Part shown: positions 9,233 to 20,400 of the stretch, in pieces | How the letters are laid out: each line of letters starts with the position of its first letter | Numbering within the stretch: position 1 is the stretch's first letter | Source of the DNA: Gamaleyavirus AN24P2 | Reading direction: 5' to 3' (one strand) | DNA: 64,000 nt | Sequence record: OZ035810.1 | Notes under the pieces: model-generated | What the model saw: only the letters and a program-made list of their open reading frames with translations | Database searches by the model: none | What the model was told of the DNA's origin: nothing | Made by a program: the position numbers and the translations under genes

Positions 9233-11887
9233 ATGGGCTTATTCAGTGGGAAGACTAAAGTATACGTAGCATCCTCTGTCTACAATATGGCAGGGGATAT
9301 ACATAAGCGTCCAAACTATATGAAGACTGTAGTTATCGGTAAGATTGTTGCTGATACTGGATTTACTATGGCAGATACTATCTCTGATAGTTACCTGAAC
9401 GGACCGGGTACTCGTATGCGATTGTTCTCTAGCTGGAGTAAGAATCACTATGACTCTATCGTTGGTATGGCTGGTTCCTCATTGGGTGTATTAGCCAAGA
9501 TTGACCCTGCTGTTATAGAGGGTCAAATTACCCCTCCTGCCGGGGAATCTGTCTATGTTCAGGCAGCAAATATTGGCTTTGCTGATTTTGAGCAGTGGTG
9601 TGACCAGTATCTTTATGAGAATGCCCCAAGTCGAATCATGGAACGATTCGACATAGACATTAACGAGGACACTAATGAAATTACTATGACCTCCTTAGAT
9701 GGAGGCTCTACTATTACATTTACACCTACCAACTTTGAACCAGGTGCTCTGTATCTCTATGCTGATTACACATTCTATAAGTCACCTACTACCTACCCAC
9801 CCGTAGAAGGTCCGACTACTGTCTATGATAATGAAGATGATTTACCGTCTACCTTGTTGTGGACTACTGTCTCCAGTGATACGACAGCTAATACAACTAA
9901 CCTTACTAAGACTATACAGACTCATTCGGTTTATTCTGACGGTAGACCGGATGAGGACAGTACTGTTACTGAACCAAGTGTGGATAACTGGAACTCTTAC
10001 GTTAAGGTTTATCGTAGGGGATTCACTGAGAAACCAGATGGTGTAACTGTAGTTGTATCTGACAGGGTAATGACTCATAAAAAGTTTGGTGAGATTCAAT
10101 CCAGTACTTCTGTAACTACTAATGTAGTTGATATAGGTAATGGTGTTACTCGTACAGATACGATCACCACTACTACTGAGACACTGGTTCGTAAGTATTC
10201 CTCCCAGACTACTCATACTGACACTGAAATGACTGCTGTTAGTACTCCCAAGATGCTCATCTATAAGCATAACTCTGGCAATACTGTACTAGACTCATTA
10301 TTTGAGACTGAAGCTACTGATAACCGATTCTATCCATTTATTCCAATCAGGAATGATAAACAATGGGTAGAGAATGACCCAATTTACCCACACTGTAAAA
10401 AGGCTCTTTATAAAGCCACTGGGGGTAAACTTAATAAAGTAACAGCAGAGCTTAAGAAAAATAATGATATAGGGGATATACAGTACATCTACGGTACATT
10501 TGGTGTATCTCTTAATACTCCAGAGGATACTGCTAAGGAATACATCTATCGTTTTTTTCAGATGGCTACCGAAGCGTTTCCACCTGACCCAACATACCCA
10601 ACTCTGGAATCAGTAATTGCAGGATACCAGGCAGCCAATGATGCAGTTGATGCATATGTAGAATGGTGGAACAGGCAGGAAGGTCATATTGTTGGAACAC
10701 CTCCCCCCTTGCCAGAATACCCTGTCATACCTAAGCGAGAGTTTAGGGTACATAGTAATAAGCAGTACAAATACGACATGACTATTAGCTGGAATTATGT
10801 ATTTGAAACTACTCACTCAGGTAAAGCATGGTCTGGTGCTAAACAAGGGCAACTTCGAGCCAGGTATGCAGGGGATATAACTCTTACACGCAAGAACATA
10901 CGTACAGCTAGTAACTCTGGTTCAGCTAAAAGATTAGAAGTTACTCCTACGTTTTACTCTATGCAGGAATATGAGTTGCTTTGGCAAGATGGTAATAACA
11001 CCTATCGTAAACTTAGGGTGCTGGGCTTACACCATAGCAACAGGGTTTATAAAAACAAGTCAGTGAATATTGATGTTGCTGAAGCTATGGGTGATGCAGA
11101 GGAGAGTGGATTCATAATCCCCCTACATACTAATATCTATCGTTCTATGTCACTGGTTCGTGGTACTCAGTTATCTACTGCTTGCTCCTACTTAGTGATG
11201 AACTCATACAAAAAGGTTAAGAAGAAGTGGTATCAAACTTCTGCCTTTAAGATTGTGGTGGTTGTGGTTGCTGTAGTTGCATCCGTATTTACTATGGGTG
11301 CAGGTGGTGCTGGTATTCTTGGAGCTTACGGTGCAGTCGGTGCATCACTCGGTTTTGTTGGATTGGCTGCCGTAATAGTAGGTGCTGTAGCAAACACCAT
11401 TGCTGCAATGATTCTGATATCCATCACTACTAAAGTAGCTACTTCACTGTTTGGCGATAAGCTAGGTTTTATCATTGCTGCTATTGCCTCGATGGTAGCC
11501 ATGAATGTTGGTACTGCTTTATCTACTGGTACGTCCTTATCTTCTCTAGCCGGTGAAATGATGAATGCCCAAAACATCATGCAGCTTACTAGTTCGGTTG
11601 GTAATGGTATTAGTCAGTATATTAATGCATCCACGGCTGCTACTATTCAGAAAGCTGAGAAAGTAATGCAGCAGTACAATACTGATATGATGGCAATCAA
11701 TAAGCAGTATGAAGAGATGTTTGGTACTGCTGGGCAGGGTGTAATTGACCCTATGCAATTCGTGTCAATGGAGTCGTTGGATTCATTCCTTTCACGTACT
11801 CTTATGACTGGTTCGGATATAGCTGACATGTCCTTAAGCATGATAGGTAACTACTCCGATATGACTCTCAATACTGACCTTGTTTAA
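9233..11887 (+). CDS. large virion protein with C-terminal Gly/Ala-rich multi-transmembrane region
   Basis: 884 aa; residues about 665-770 form consecutive hydrophobic GA-rich segments (VVVVVAVVASVFTMGAGGAGILGAYGAVGASLGFVGLAAVIVGAV...). Confidence 0.55.
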   Translation: MGLFSGKTKVYVASSVYNMAGDIHKRPNYMKTVVIGKIVADTGFTMADTISDSYLNGPGTRMRLFSSWSKNHYDSIVGMAGSSLGVLAKIDPAVIEGQITPPAGESVYVQAANIGFADFEQWCDQYLYENAPSRIMERFDIDINEDTNEITMTSLDGGSTITFTPTNFEPGALYLYADYTFYKSPTTYPPVEGPTTVYDNEDDLPSTLLWTTVSSDTTANTTNLTKTIQTHSVYSDGRPDEDSTVTEPSVDNWNSYVKVYRRGFTEKPDGVTVVVSDRVMTHKKFGEIQSSTSVTTNVVDIGNGVTRTDTITTTTETLVRKYSSQTTHTDTEMTAVSTPKMLIYKHNSGNTVLDSLFETEATDNRFYPFIPIRNDKQWVENDPIYPHCKKALYKATGGKLNKVTAELKKNNDIGDIQYIYGTFGVSLNTPEDTAKEYIYRFFQMATEAFPPDPTYPTLESVIAGYQAANDAVDAYVEWWNRQEGHIVGTPPPLPEYPVIPKREFRVHSNKQYKYDMTISWNYVFETTHSGKAWSGAKQGQLRARYAGDITLTRKNIRTASNSGSAKRLEVTPTFYSMQEYELLWQDGNNTYRKLRVLGLHHSNRVYKNKSVNIDVAEAMGDAEESGFIIPLHTNIYRSMSLVRGTQLSTACSYLVMNSYKKVKKKWYQTSAFKIVVVVVAVVASVFTMGAGGAGILGAYGAVGASLGFVGLAAVIVGAVANTIAAMILISITTKVATSLFGDKLGFIIAAIASMVAMNVGTALSTGTSLSSLAGEMMNAQNIMQLTSSVGNGISQYINASTAATIQKAEKVMQQYNTDMMAINKQYEEMFGTAGQGVIDPMQFVSMESLDSFLSRTLMTGSDIADMSLSMIGNYSDMTLNTDLV

Positions 11888-11900
11888 CAGGAGAATCCTC

Positions 11901-12344
11901 ATGGATTTGTCATTCTTTACGGGCAACCCAACTCCACAGCCAGCGGCTATGTCTTGGATGCCCAATAATAATCAGAACTTTAATACCCCTGCTATGAATT
12001 ACATCCCAGGTGCATCCATTGGTATGGGTACAAATGCAGGAGTATCTTCTCCTACTTCTTTCTTGTCTGGTTCAGCTAATCAGTTGGGAATGAACGTACC
12101 TACCTTCCAGTTAGGGCTTGGTGCACTTGGTTCATTGGCTAATATCTATAGTGGTTTCCAGGCCAATAAGTTAGCCAAAGACCAGTTGAACTTTGCTAAG
12201 AGTGTTACTAACACTAACCTGAATAACCAGATTAAGTCTTATAACACTGCTCTGGAAGATCGTGCTCGTAGCCGTGCTACAGCAGAGAACCGTGACCAGT
12301 CTACTGCTGATGCTTATATTGCAGCTAATAAATTAACTCGTTAA
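11901..12344 (+). CDS. virion-module protein
   Basis: ORF 11880..12344 opens with TTG; ATG at 11901 preceded by AGGAGA. Confidence 0.45.
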   Translation: MDLSFFTGNPTPQPAAMSWMPNNNQNFNTPAMNYIPGASIGMGTNAGVSSPTSFLSGSANQLGMNVPTFQLGLGALGSLANIYSGFQANKLAKDQLNFAKSVTNTNLNNQIKSYNTALEDRARSRATAENRDQSTADAYIAANKLTR

Positions 12345-12356
12345 TAGGAAACCATC

Positions 12357-14321
12357 ATGGCTCAAATTACATGGCGTAATGTTGATGCACCTAACTTCTC
12401 TGGAGTTGGTGACAGCATTCGCACATTTGGAAGCATGATTGGTAACGCCACCTCCGGCTTAAGTGATGCACTGGGTAATTTCCAGAACGCTGCCAAGCAG
12501 GAGGCTGGCAATGCCGTCATGATGAATGCTATGCAGTATCAAGACCCAACTGAGTATCGTAATGCTTTGGCGTCTGGTGCACTGTTTCAGGGTGTTGACC
12601 CTTCTCTGATAAGCCAACGTACTCTCCAGAATCTGGATGAACGAGCAGGTACATTATTGAGTCAGCAAGGTCAACAAGGAACCAATGACTACAATAACTA
12701 TCGTTTTGGTCGATTACAGAAAAATGATTCTGCGTTAGATAATGCTTCTCCCGCTATTCGTTTATTGTCTGAAGCTTACCAGTCTGGTGACCAGAATCGT
12801 ATTAATACTGCATTGGGTCAGACTCGTGAGGCATTATCTACGCTCCCAGCTGACCAACAGTTAGAATTGTTAGGTAGTTTACAAGGACAGGGTAGTGCTG
12901 CTATTAATCAGGCGAGCAATCGTTTTGATTTGGGTGTTGCTCAACGTAATGATGCCGATAGTCAGGCAGCTATGGGTGTAATGGCACAGATTACCCGTGG
13001 TGCTGAGAACCCTAATGATGCCCGTCTGTTGGCAGAAGCATACAGTAAGAACCTGTCTCCAGTTGCACAGGCACGCTTGCAGGGATTACTGGCTAATGCT
13101 TACCCGGGTGTTTACGGTAATGGTGTAGGTGCTACGTCTGCTCCTGGTACTGCTGGTACTCGTCAGGGTTCACCTTACGATGTTACTTATCAGTTTGCTG
13201 GTACATCTACTCCTATTACTCAAATGAGTATTGGTGATGTAATTAAACACCAGGATGGTATGAAATCGAACCAGGGTGCTTCCCCTGTTGGTGCATTCCA
13301 GATTAACCAAGCTACTCTGAAAGACTTCGCTCCCAAAGTTCTTGGTTCAGATTGGCAAAGCCAGCCTCTTTCTGCTGAGAACCAGGATAAGATTGGTAAG
13401 GCTATCTTCGAGTCTCGTAAGAATGGCAACCTTAAAGATACCTGGGCTGCTCTTCCTAACTCTACCCCAGGTGCTTATAAGGACATGACTTGGGAAGAGA
13501 TTAAACCTGTTATTGCCCAAGCTGAAGTAGGGGCTGACCCACTCGCTATGGTTCAGAATAATCAAGGCAATCAGGCAGTATCTACCTTGGCTCAGGGTAT
13601 GATTGGTACACGTTCTATGCAGGATAATACCGGTAGTCTTAATACTGACTTCCTTGGTACTGTCACTGATAATACCCCAGTAGGTGAGATTGCTAACCGT
13701 CTGTTGGAAGGTGATTTTAAAGGTGCTGACCGTAACTGGGTACTGAACCGACTGAACGATATTTCTCAACGTGGAAATATGTCACCAGCTATGGCTGCTG
13801 CTGTTATGCAACGTGCACAGACTGGTGTACCAGAAGGTTATATTAGTCGTGCTATTGATGCAGTTAACCCATTCATTACCAACGAAGCCGGTAATGGTAT
13901 GCGTCTTAATGACCGTCAGGTAGAACAGTTAATTGAGGGTGTGAAACGGGGAGAACCACTGGAAGGTAGTGTTCGTAACCTAGGTCGTGCTCAGGCTATG
14001 CAGAATATTCAGGCAGCACAGACTGCATATGATGCTGCTGTAGCTGCACTGACAAATACCCAGAATAAGATTAACACCGGGCAAAGTGGTCTTACTGCAC
14101 TGTTACCTGCACGTCAGGAAGCTGTTAATAAAGCTGCTGCAATGCTACAAGCTGCACAGGCACAAGTACAGGCTGACCCAGCTAACCTGGCTCCAAAAGG
14201 TTTTCGGTCACAGGCTAGTGTGGACAGGGCACGAGCAAAGGAAGATGAAGAACGTGCTGCACGTTACCTACGTCAGGCACAAGGATTGCCTGAGTATATG
14301 CAACCAAGACAAAATCGGTAA
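12357..14321 (+). CDS. virion-module protein (internal/ejection protein candidate)
   Basis: 654 aa; Gln/Ala/Asn-rich; immediately upstream of vRNAP gene. Confidence 0.5.
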   Translation: MAQITWRNVDAPNFSGVGDSIRTFGSMIGNATSGLSDALGNFQNAAKQEAGNAVMMNAMQYQDPTEYRNALASGALFQGVDPSLISQRTLQNLDERAGTLLSQQGQQGTNDYNNYRFGRLQKNDSALDNASPAIRLLSEAYQSGDQNRINTALGQTREALSTLPADQQLELLGSLQGQGSAAINQASNRFDLGVAQRNDADSQAAMGVMAQITRGAENPNDARLLAEAYSKNLSPVAQARLQGLLANAYPGVYGNGVGATSAPGTAGTRQGSPYDVTYQFAGTSTPITQMSIGDVIKHQDGMKSNQGASPVGAFQINQATLKDFAPKVLGSDWQSQPLSAENQDKIGKAIFESRKNGNLKDTWAALPNSTPGAYKDMTWEEIKPVIAQAEVGADPLAMVQNNQGNQAVSTLAQGMIGTRSMQDNTGSLNTDFLGTVTDNTPVGEIANRLLEGDFKGADRNWVLNRLNDISQRGNMSPAMAAAVMQRAQTGVPEGYISRAIDAVNPFITNEAGNGMRLNDRQVEQLIEGVKRGEPLEGSVRNLGRAQAMQNIQAAQTAYDAAVAALTNTQNKINTGQSGLTALLPARQEAVNKAAAMLQAAQAQVQADPANLAPKGFRSQASVDRARAKEDEERAARYLRQAQGLPEYMQPRQNR

Positions 14322-14327
14322 TACTAA

Positions 14328-14351
14328 TAAAAGCCCTTCGGGGCTTTTTTC
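14328..14351 (+). terminator. rho-independent terminator
   Basis: aagccc-ttcg-gggctt hairpin followed by tttttt. Confidence 0.65.
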
Positions 14352-14415
14352 TTACACTGGCTTACTGTAGAGTAAGCTTCTTATATACGATATAAGTTTG
14401 AACAGGAAACATGCT

Positions 14416-17400
14416 ATGTCAACATTTGACCGTCTGGCAGGTTTCGCAGACAGCATCACTAATGCTAAGCAAGTCGATGTCTCTACTGCTACCTCTCAGA
14501 AGCAAGCTGCACAAGGGCAAAGCCCTTTCCAATTAACCCCAGAGAATGCTTACAATCTCCAAACTGGACGAGTAGGTAATTTAGGAATCGGTGCGTTCGA
14601 ACCAGGTTCCCTCCAAGCTGATTTCACTCAGGCTTCCCCATTAGAAATTCTTAATAAATATGGTAATGAGCAAGGTCTACAGATTCTTAATAGCCGAGCT
14701 AATGCTGCTGATGCTGTACGTCAGGACTTATCTAAACAACGTACTAACGCAGAAGCATTTGGTGATACTCTTTCTGGTGTTGGTCTTGGTGTTGCTAATA
14801 CCCTGGGGGGCATTGCTGCTCTTGGCACAGGTTTGGTCAATGATAATGCCGGGGCATCCATTGCTTCCGGGATGGATTGGTTGAATGAAGGTGTGCACAA
14901 TCTCCAGTCTGATGCACTGAATGTTACCCGTAAGGTTGTTCAGAATCAGAACCAGATTTCTGCTCAAAAGAACCAGAAACTTTACGAACAAGACATCAAA
15001 AATGGGGAGAGCAGCTTGGTTGCCTCCCTGTCTCGCATTGGTCGTGATGCTTTTGATTCTGTTGCTAATACACTTGATAACGGTATGGCTGCTACTGATG
15101 GGCTAAGTGAAGGTGTTGGTTCCCTCTTTACTGGTGGTCCACTTATCCGTGGTGTATCTGCACTCGGCAAAGTAATGGTAGGTGGTGATAAAGCCGTTAA
15201 GGGTATTACCTTAGCTGCTGAGTTAGGTTCTCGTCCTGCACAGGTTGCATTGTCTGCTGGTCGTGTTGCTGCACCTGCTATTGCAATTGGTGGTATGGAA
15301 GCTGGTGGTGCATACCAACAGACTGCTTCTGAAATCATGAAGATGTCACATCAAGAATTAGCAAGTAAGTCTCCTGTTTATCAACAACATATTGCTGATG
15401 GTTTATCTCCTGATGAAGCTCGTCGTCAGACTGCATCTGAAACAGGTATCATTGCTGCTGGCTTAACTGCTCCGGTTGCTGCTGCTACTGGTCCACTGGT
15501 ATCTAAATTTGAACTTAATCCACTTAAGGTAGGTTCACTGGTTGGTGCTGGTTCTAACATGCTGCGTGAAACTGTAGAAGAAGGTATCCAGTCTGGTACT
15601 AGTCAGTTTGCACAGAACAAAGCAATTCAAGGTAATGTAGATGCTAAACGTGACTTGCTTAAAGGTGTTGGTGAACAAGCAGGTCTTGGTGCACTTTACG
15701 GCTTCGGTAGTGCTGGGGTTGCTCAAGCTCCAGGTGCAACTGTTAAAGCTGTTGGTGCTACTGCTGGTCCAGCCCTTCGTACTACTTTAGCCGGTGCTTC
15801 CCTGGTTGGTAGTGCACTAGCAAAAGCTGCATCTCCTCTTACTAACATCCTGGTTCAACGTGGTGAAGAAGTTGCTAAACGAAATGAACAAGCATCCCCT
15901 GTAGCTGATGCTACGGTTAATGCTGCTGCACAGGAAGCTGCTGCTCAGGCAGAACAAGCACAAGCAACTGTACAGGAAGCAGTAGATGCAATGGATATTT
16001 CTCCGGAAGAGAAAGCTGCTGCTACCCAGTATGCTGCTGACTTAACTCAGGCAATGAAGTTTGACCCGGTAGAATTGGAACAAACTAACCCAGCAATCCG
16101 TGAAGCTGTTTCTGGTTCCACTAACCGTGTTGAAGCTATTCAGAAGATGGCTGACCTGGTTAATACTGCTGAGGATCCTAACGTTCAAATGGAAGCTGCA
16201 ATCCAGATGTATGACAATATCATGTCTATGGATAGCTTCATTAACCGTGACCCGGGTGCTCTGGCTAATCTGGAACAAGGTTCTCCTGCTGCTGCGATTG
16301 TAGACCAGTTCTCCGGTCTGATGGCTAACGTACAGAATACTCCGAAGGTACTCCGTGCATTTCGTGCCATCCATTCCATGATTCAGGAACAGGCTGAAGC
16401 GGGTAAATTGAAAGCTACTGAAGAAGCTAACCAAGCTCAGGCAAACAACATTGCTATGGCTGCTGATGTGTCTCCAGAAGTTCTGGATGTAGAATCAGTG
16501 AACATGGTTCTGAAGCACGCAAGTGAAGGTAAGATTACATTAGGGAATCGTCAGCGTGCTGCCCTGCAATCTGCTGCTGCTCTATTGCAAGGAGCACGAG
16601 AATTTGACGCTAAAGCAGAAGAACTGGGCTTACGTCCTCAAGACATTGTTAGTAAACAAATTAAAACCGACGAATCTCGTTCTAATGAAGGCCAGTACTC
16701 TGCGTTGCAACATGCTAAACGCATTCGTTCTGCGTACAACTCTGGTAACTTCGATTTGGCTTCCGCTTATCTCGACGACTTTATGAAGTTCGCCCAGCAC
16801 ATGCAGAATAAGGTCGGAGCGTTGAATGAGCATTTGATTTCTGGGAATGCGGATAAGAATAAGTCTGTCCATTATCAGGCTCTTACTCCCTCCCGTGAAT
16901 GGGTACGTAGTCGTACTGGCCTCGGTGTCAATCCGTATGATACCAAGTCTGTTAAGTTTGCCCAGCAAGTAGGACTGGAGGCCAAAACCGTAGCTGATAT
17001 TGTTAATGCACTTGCTACGGCTTACCCGGAGCTTAATGTTTCTCATGTTAAAGTTACTCCATTAGATTCACGTCTGGACAAGCCTGCTGCCCAGGTGGTT
17101 AAAGAGTTCCGTCAGGGCAATCTTGATGCTGCTCAATCCCAACAGACCAATGAACCAGTGAATCAGGTTGATGAAACTCCTGTTACAAAACAGGAACCAG
17201 TTACCCCTACTGTACAGACTAAACCCTCTGTTAGTGAAGCTGTTAAAACAGAACCTACTATTAAAGAGTCTAAACCACAGTCTGTAAAAGAACCTGAGAA
17301 CCAGTCCGAAAAGCAGGATGCTGCCATCACTAATGAGGATACCACTCAGGAAGTAGCTGAAACTAAAACGGAAATGGAAGCAGTGTTCCCTGTCTATAAC

Positions 17401-20400
17401 AATGACAAGACACCGAGCCAGTTCCTTAAAGCATTTGCTCTGCCGGAAGAACCTAAGACTCGTACCATTGGTTCTGAATCTCCTTTGACTGATGTTAAGC
17501 AAGCACTGTCTTCTGCTGCTCGCTTTGAAGCATTCACACAAAAAGAAAATAACGCTCTCACAAGTGATGTGATGAAACGTTATCAGGACTTACTGGGCTT
17601 TGGTGAAACTCTGAAGACTACTCTTTCTGACCGTCTGGCTAAGTTCCTTGCTAACAAAAATGTTGGTAAACGTTTTGCAGAAGGTACTGAAGCTAACCGT
17701 TGGGTAGGTGGTAAACTGCTGAATATCGTTGAACAAGACGGTGACACCTTTAAGTTCAATGACCAGTTGTTAGAGACTGCTGTACTTGCTGGTCTGCAAT
17801 GGCGACTAACTGCTACACAGAATGCTGCTGTTAAAGACATGAAAGACATAGCTGCTATTACTGGTGTAGAAGCATCCCTGTTACCTGAAGGTATTCTGGC
17901 TGAATTTGAGAATGCTCAGACTCTGGTTGAAGCTACTAGCTCACTGGCTCAAAAGATTGAATCCTACTGGGGTTTGAATCGTAATCCTAATGCACCACTG
18001 GGCTATACCAAGGGTATCCCAATGGCAATGGCTACAGAGATTCTGTCTTCCCTTATTGAGATGGGTGAAGTTAAAGAGTCTATGCTGGATGTGTCTGAAA
18101 TTGACCCAGCCTCCGATAAGACTGTAGGTCTGTACACCATTGAGAAGCTGGATGATAACGATGCCATTAACAATTTCCCTACTGCTATTGAGGAAGCTGT
18201 CCTCGTAGAACCAGAAGAGAAAATGTACTTTGGTGATGATATTCCTTCCGTGGCTCAAACTCAGTTACGTAATCCGGCTGTTAAGAATACCCCTGAACAG
18301 AAAGCTGCTCTTAAAGCAGAACAGGCTACTGAGTTCCGTGTACACATGCCTATGGTTAACTTCTATGAAGCATTAGGTCGTGACAACATTCTGGAACTGA
18401 TGGGTGCTGGTACGCTTAATCCTGAACTACTGAACGTAAACACTGCTAAATCACTGGAAGGTAAGAACCTGTCAGTGTCTATGGCATATGATTCCTTGTT
18501 TGGGGTAATCAATCAGGTTCAGGAACAGGAGAATGGACTGGATACTCCTATTCACTATGGTTATAACATGACCCGTGTAGGTCGTATGCAGATGCTTGGT
18601 AAGAATAACCCACAATCCAGTAAGCTGGTGCGTGAAGCAATTCTGCCAACCTTCTCTACTATTGACTTGAGTAATGAAAACAGCCAAACGTTCTCAGACT
18701 TCCAGTTAGGTCTGGCTCAGGCATTAGGCATCAAGGTACATAACATGTCCCGTGAAGCTATGTCTGAAAAGCTGACTAAAGCTCTGGAAGGTAACCTGAA
18801 ACCTGCTGTTGATATGATGGTTGAGTTTGATAAGTCTGGTCACTTACCAGTTGATGCAGTGGATATTCTGAAGACGTCTCTTGGTGGCGATAAATCCTTC
18901 GTAGCTCTTATGGCTCTTATGGAATATGCCCGTTACCTGAACAGTGATGACCGTGCCAACTTTAATACCCCACTGTACGTTGAAGCCGATGGTGTAACTA
19001 ACGGACCAATCAACGCAATGGTATTAATGACGGGTGGTAAGTTCACTTCAGACTGGGTTAAGAATACTGCTAAAGGTGGTCTGTTCTTTGGTAAAGCTGG
19101 TAAGACTATGAATGAACACCGTTCACAGGATGACAGTGTTGACTTGTATGAAGCATCTACCAACAGTCTGCAACAAGCTCTGAATGAGTTACGTACTACT
19201 TACCGTAACAACGTTCCGGTTATGAACCAGATGAATCATCTCCAAAAGTTAATGGACCTGTTCATTAAAGACTTTAACCTGAACGAAGACGGTACTCTGG
19301 ACCTGAAGCGTGGTATCGCTAAAAACCCACTGACTATTACCATCTATGGTTCCGGTGCTCGTGGTATTGCAGGCAAGATGGTTAGTGCAATTACTGATAC
19401 CATCTATGAACGCTTCAGTGACGTTCTGCAAGCTCGCGCTGCTGACCCTAGCATTTCCCCAGCTATGGCAATGTTTGGTAAAGAGGCTGCGTCTGAGACT
19501 GATGCTCAGGCTATGCTGGATACTTTCCTTACATCTATGGAAGCACTGACTGGTAATGTTCCAGTTATGCGTAAAGGTGAGCTGTCTATTCAACAAGTAG
19601 AAGGTGCTCTGACTGGTAAGTTAGACCCCCAGAAGTTTACTGTATCTGGTAATGCTCTGAAGAACCTGCAAGAGAACATGCTTCACTTGTTCGTTGAACC
19701 AATGCGTACTGGTATTCGAAATACTGTTGGTGAAGGTCTAATGCACTCTACTGAGAACTTGCAGAAGGCTACCCAGATTCAGTCTCTGGTATTGCAAGAC
19801 ATGTTCCAGCAAGCAGTACAGACTAAGCTGGCAGAAAAAGAAAAAGACCCAACATGGAAGAAGGGTGATTTCTTAACTCAGAAAGAACTGAACGAAATCC
19901 AGGAATCATTGTCTCCACTGGCTCCAATGATTGAGACTGGTTCGCAGACTTTCTACATTGCTGGTAGTGAGAATACTGACGTTGCTAACCAAGTACTGGC
20001 TACCAACTTAGATGACCGTATGCGTGTGCCAATGAGCATCTATGCTCCTTCACAGGCAGGTGTTGCAGGTATTCCATTTATGACCATTGGTACTGGCGAT
20101 GGCATGATGATGCAGACCCTTTCTACTATGAAAGGTGCTCCGAAGAATACCCTGAAAATCTTTGATGGTATGAACATTGGTATCAATGACATCACTGATG
20201 CAAGTCGTAAAGCTAACGAGGCTGTATATACTTCCTGGCAGGGGAATCCTATCAAGAATGTTTATGACTCCTTTGCTAAGTTCATGAAGAACGTAGACTT
20301 CAGCAAACTGTCCGATGAAACTAAACAGGCTATCGCTAAGTCTGCTTTGGAATATGACCAGCGTGAGGGTGCTACTGATGCCTTATTACGTGCAGGTGCT

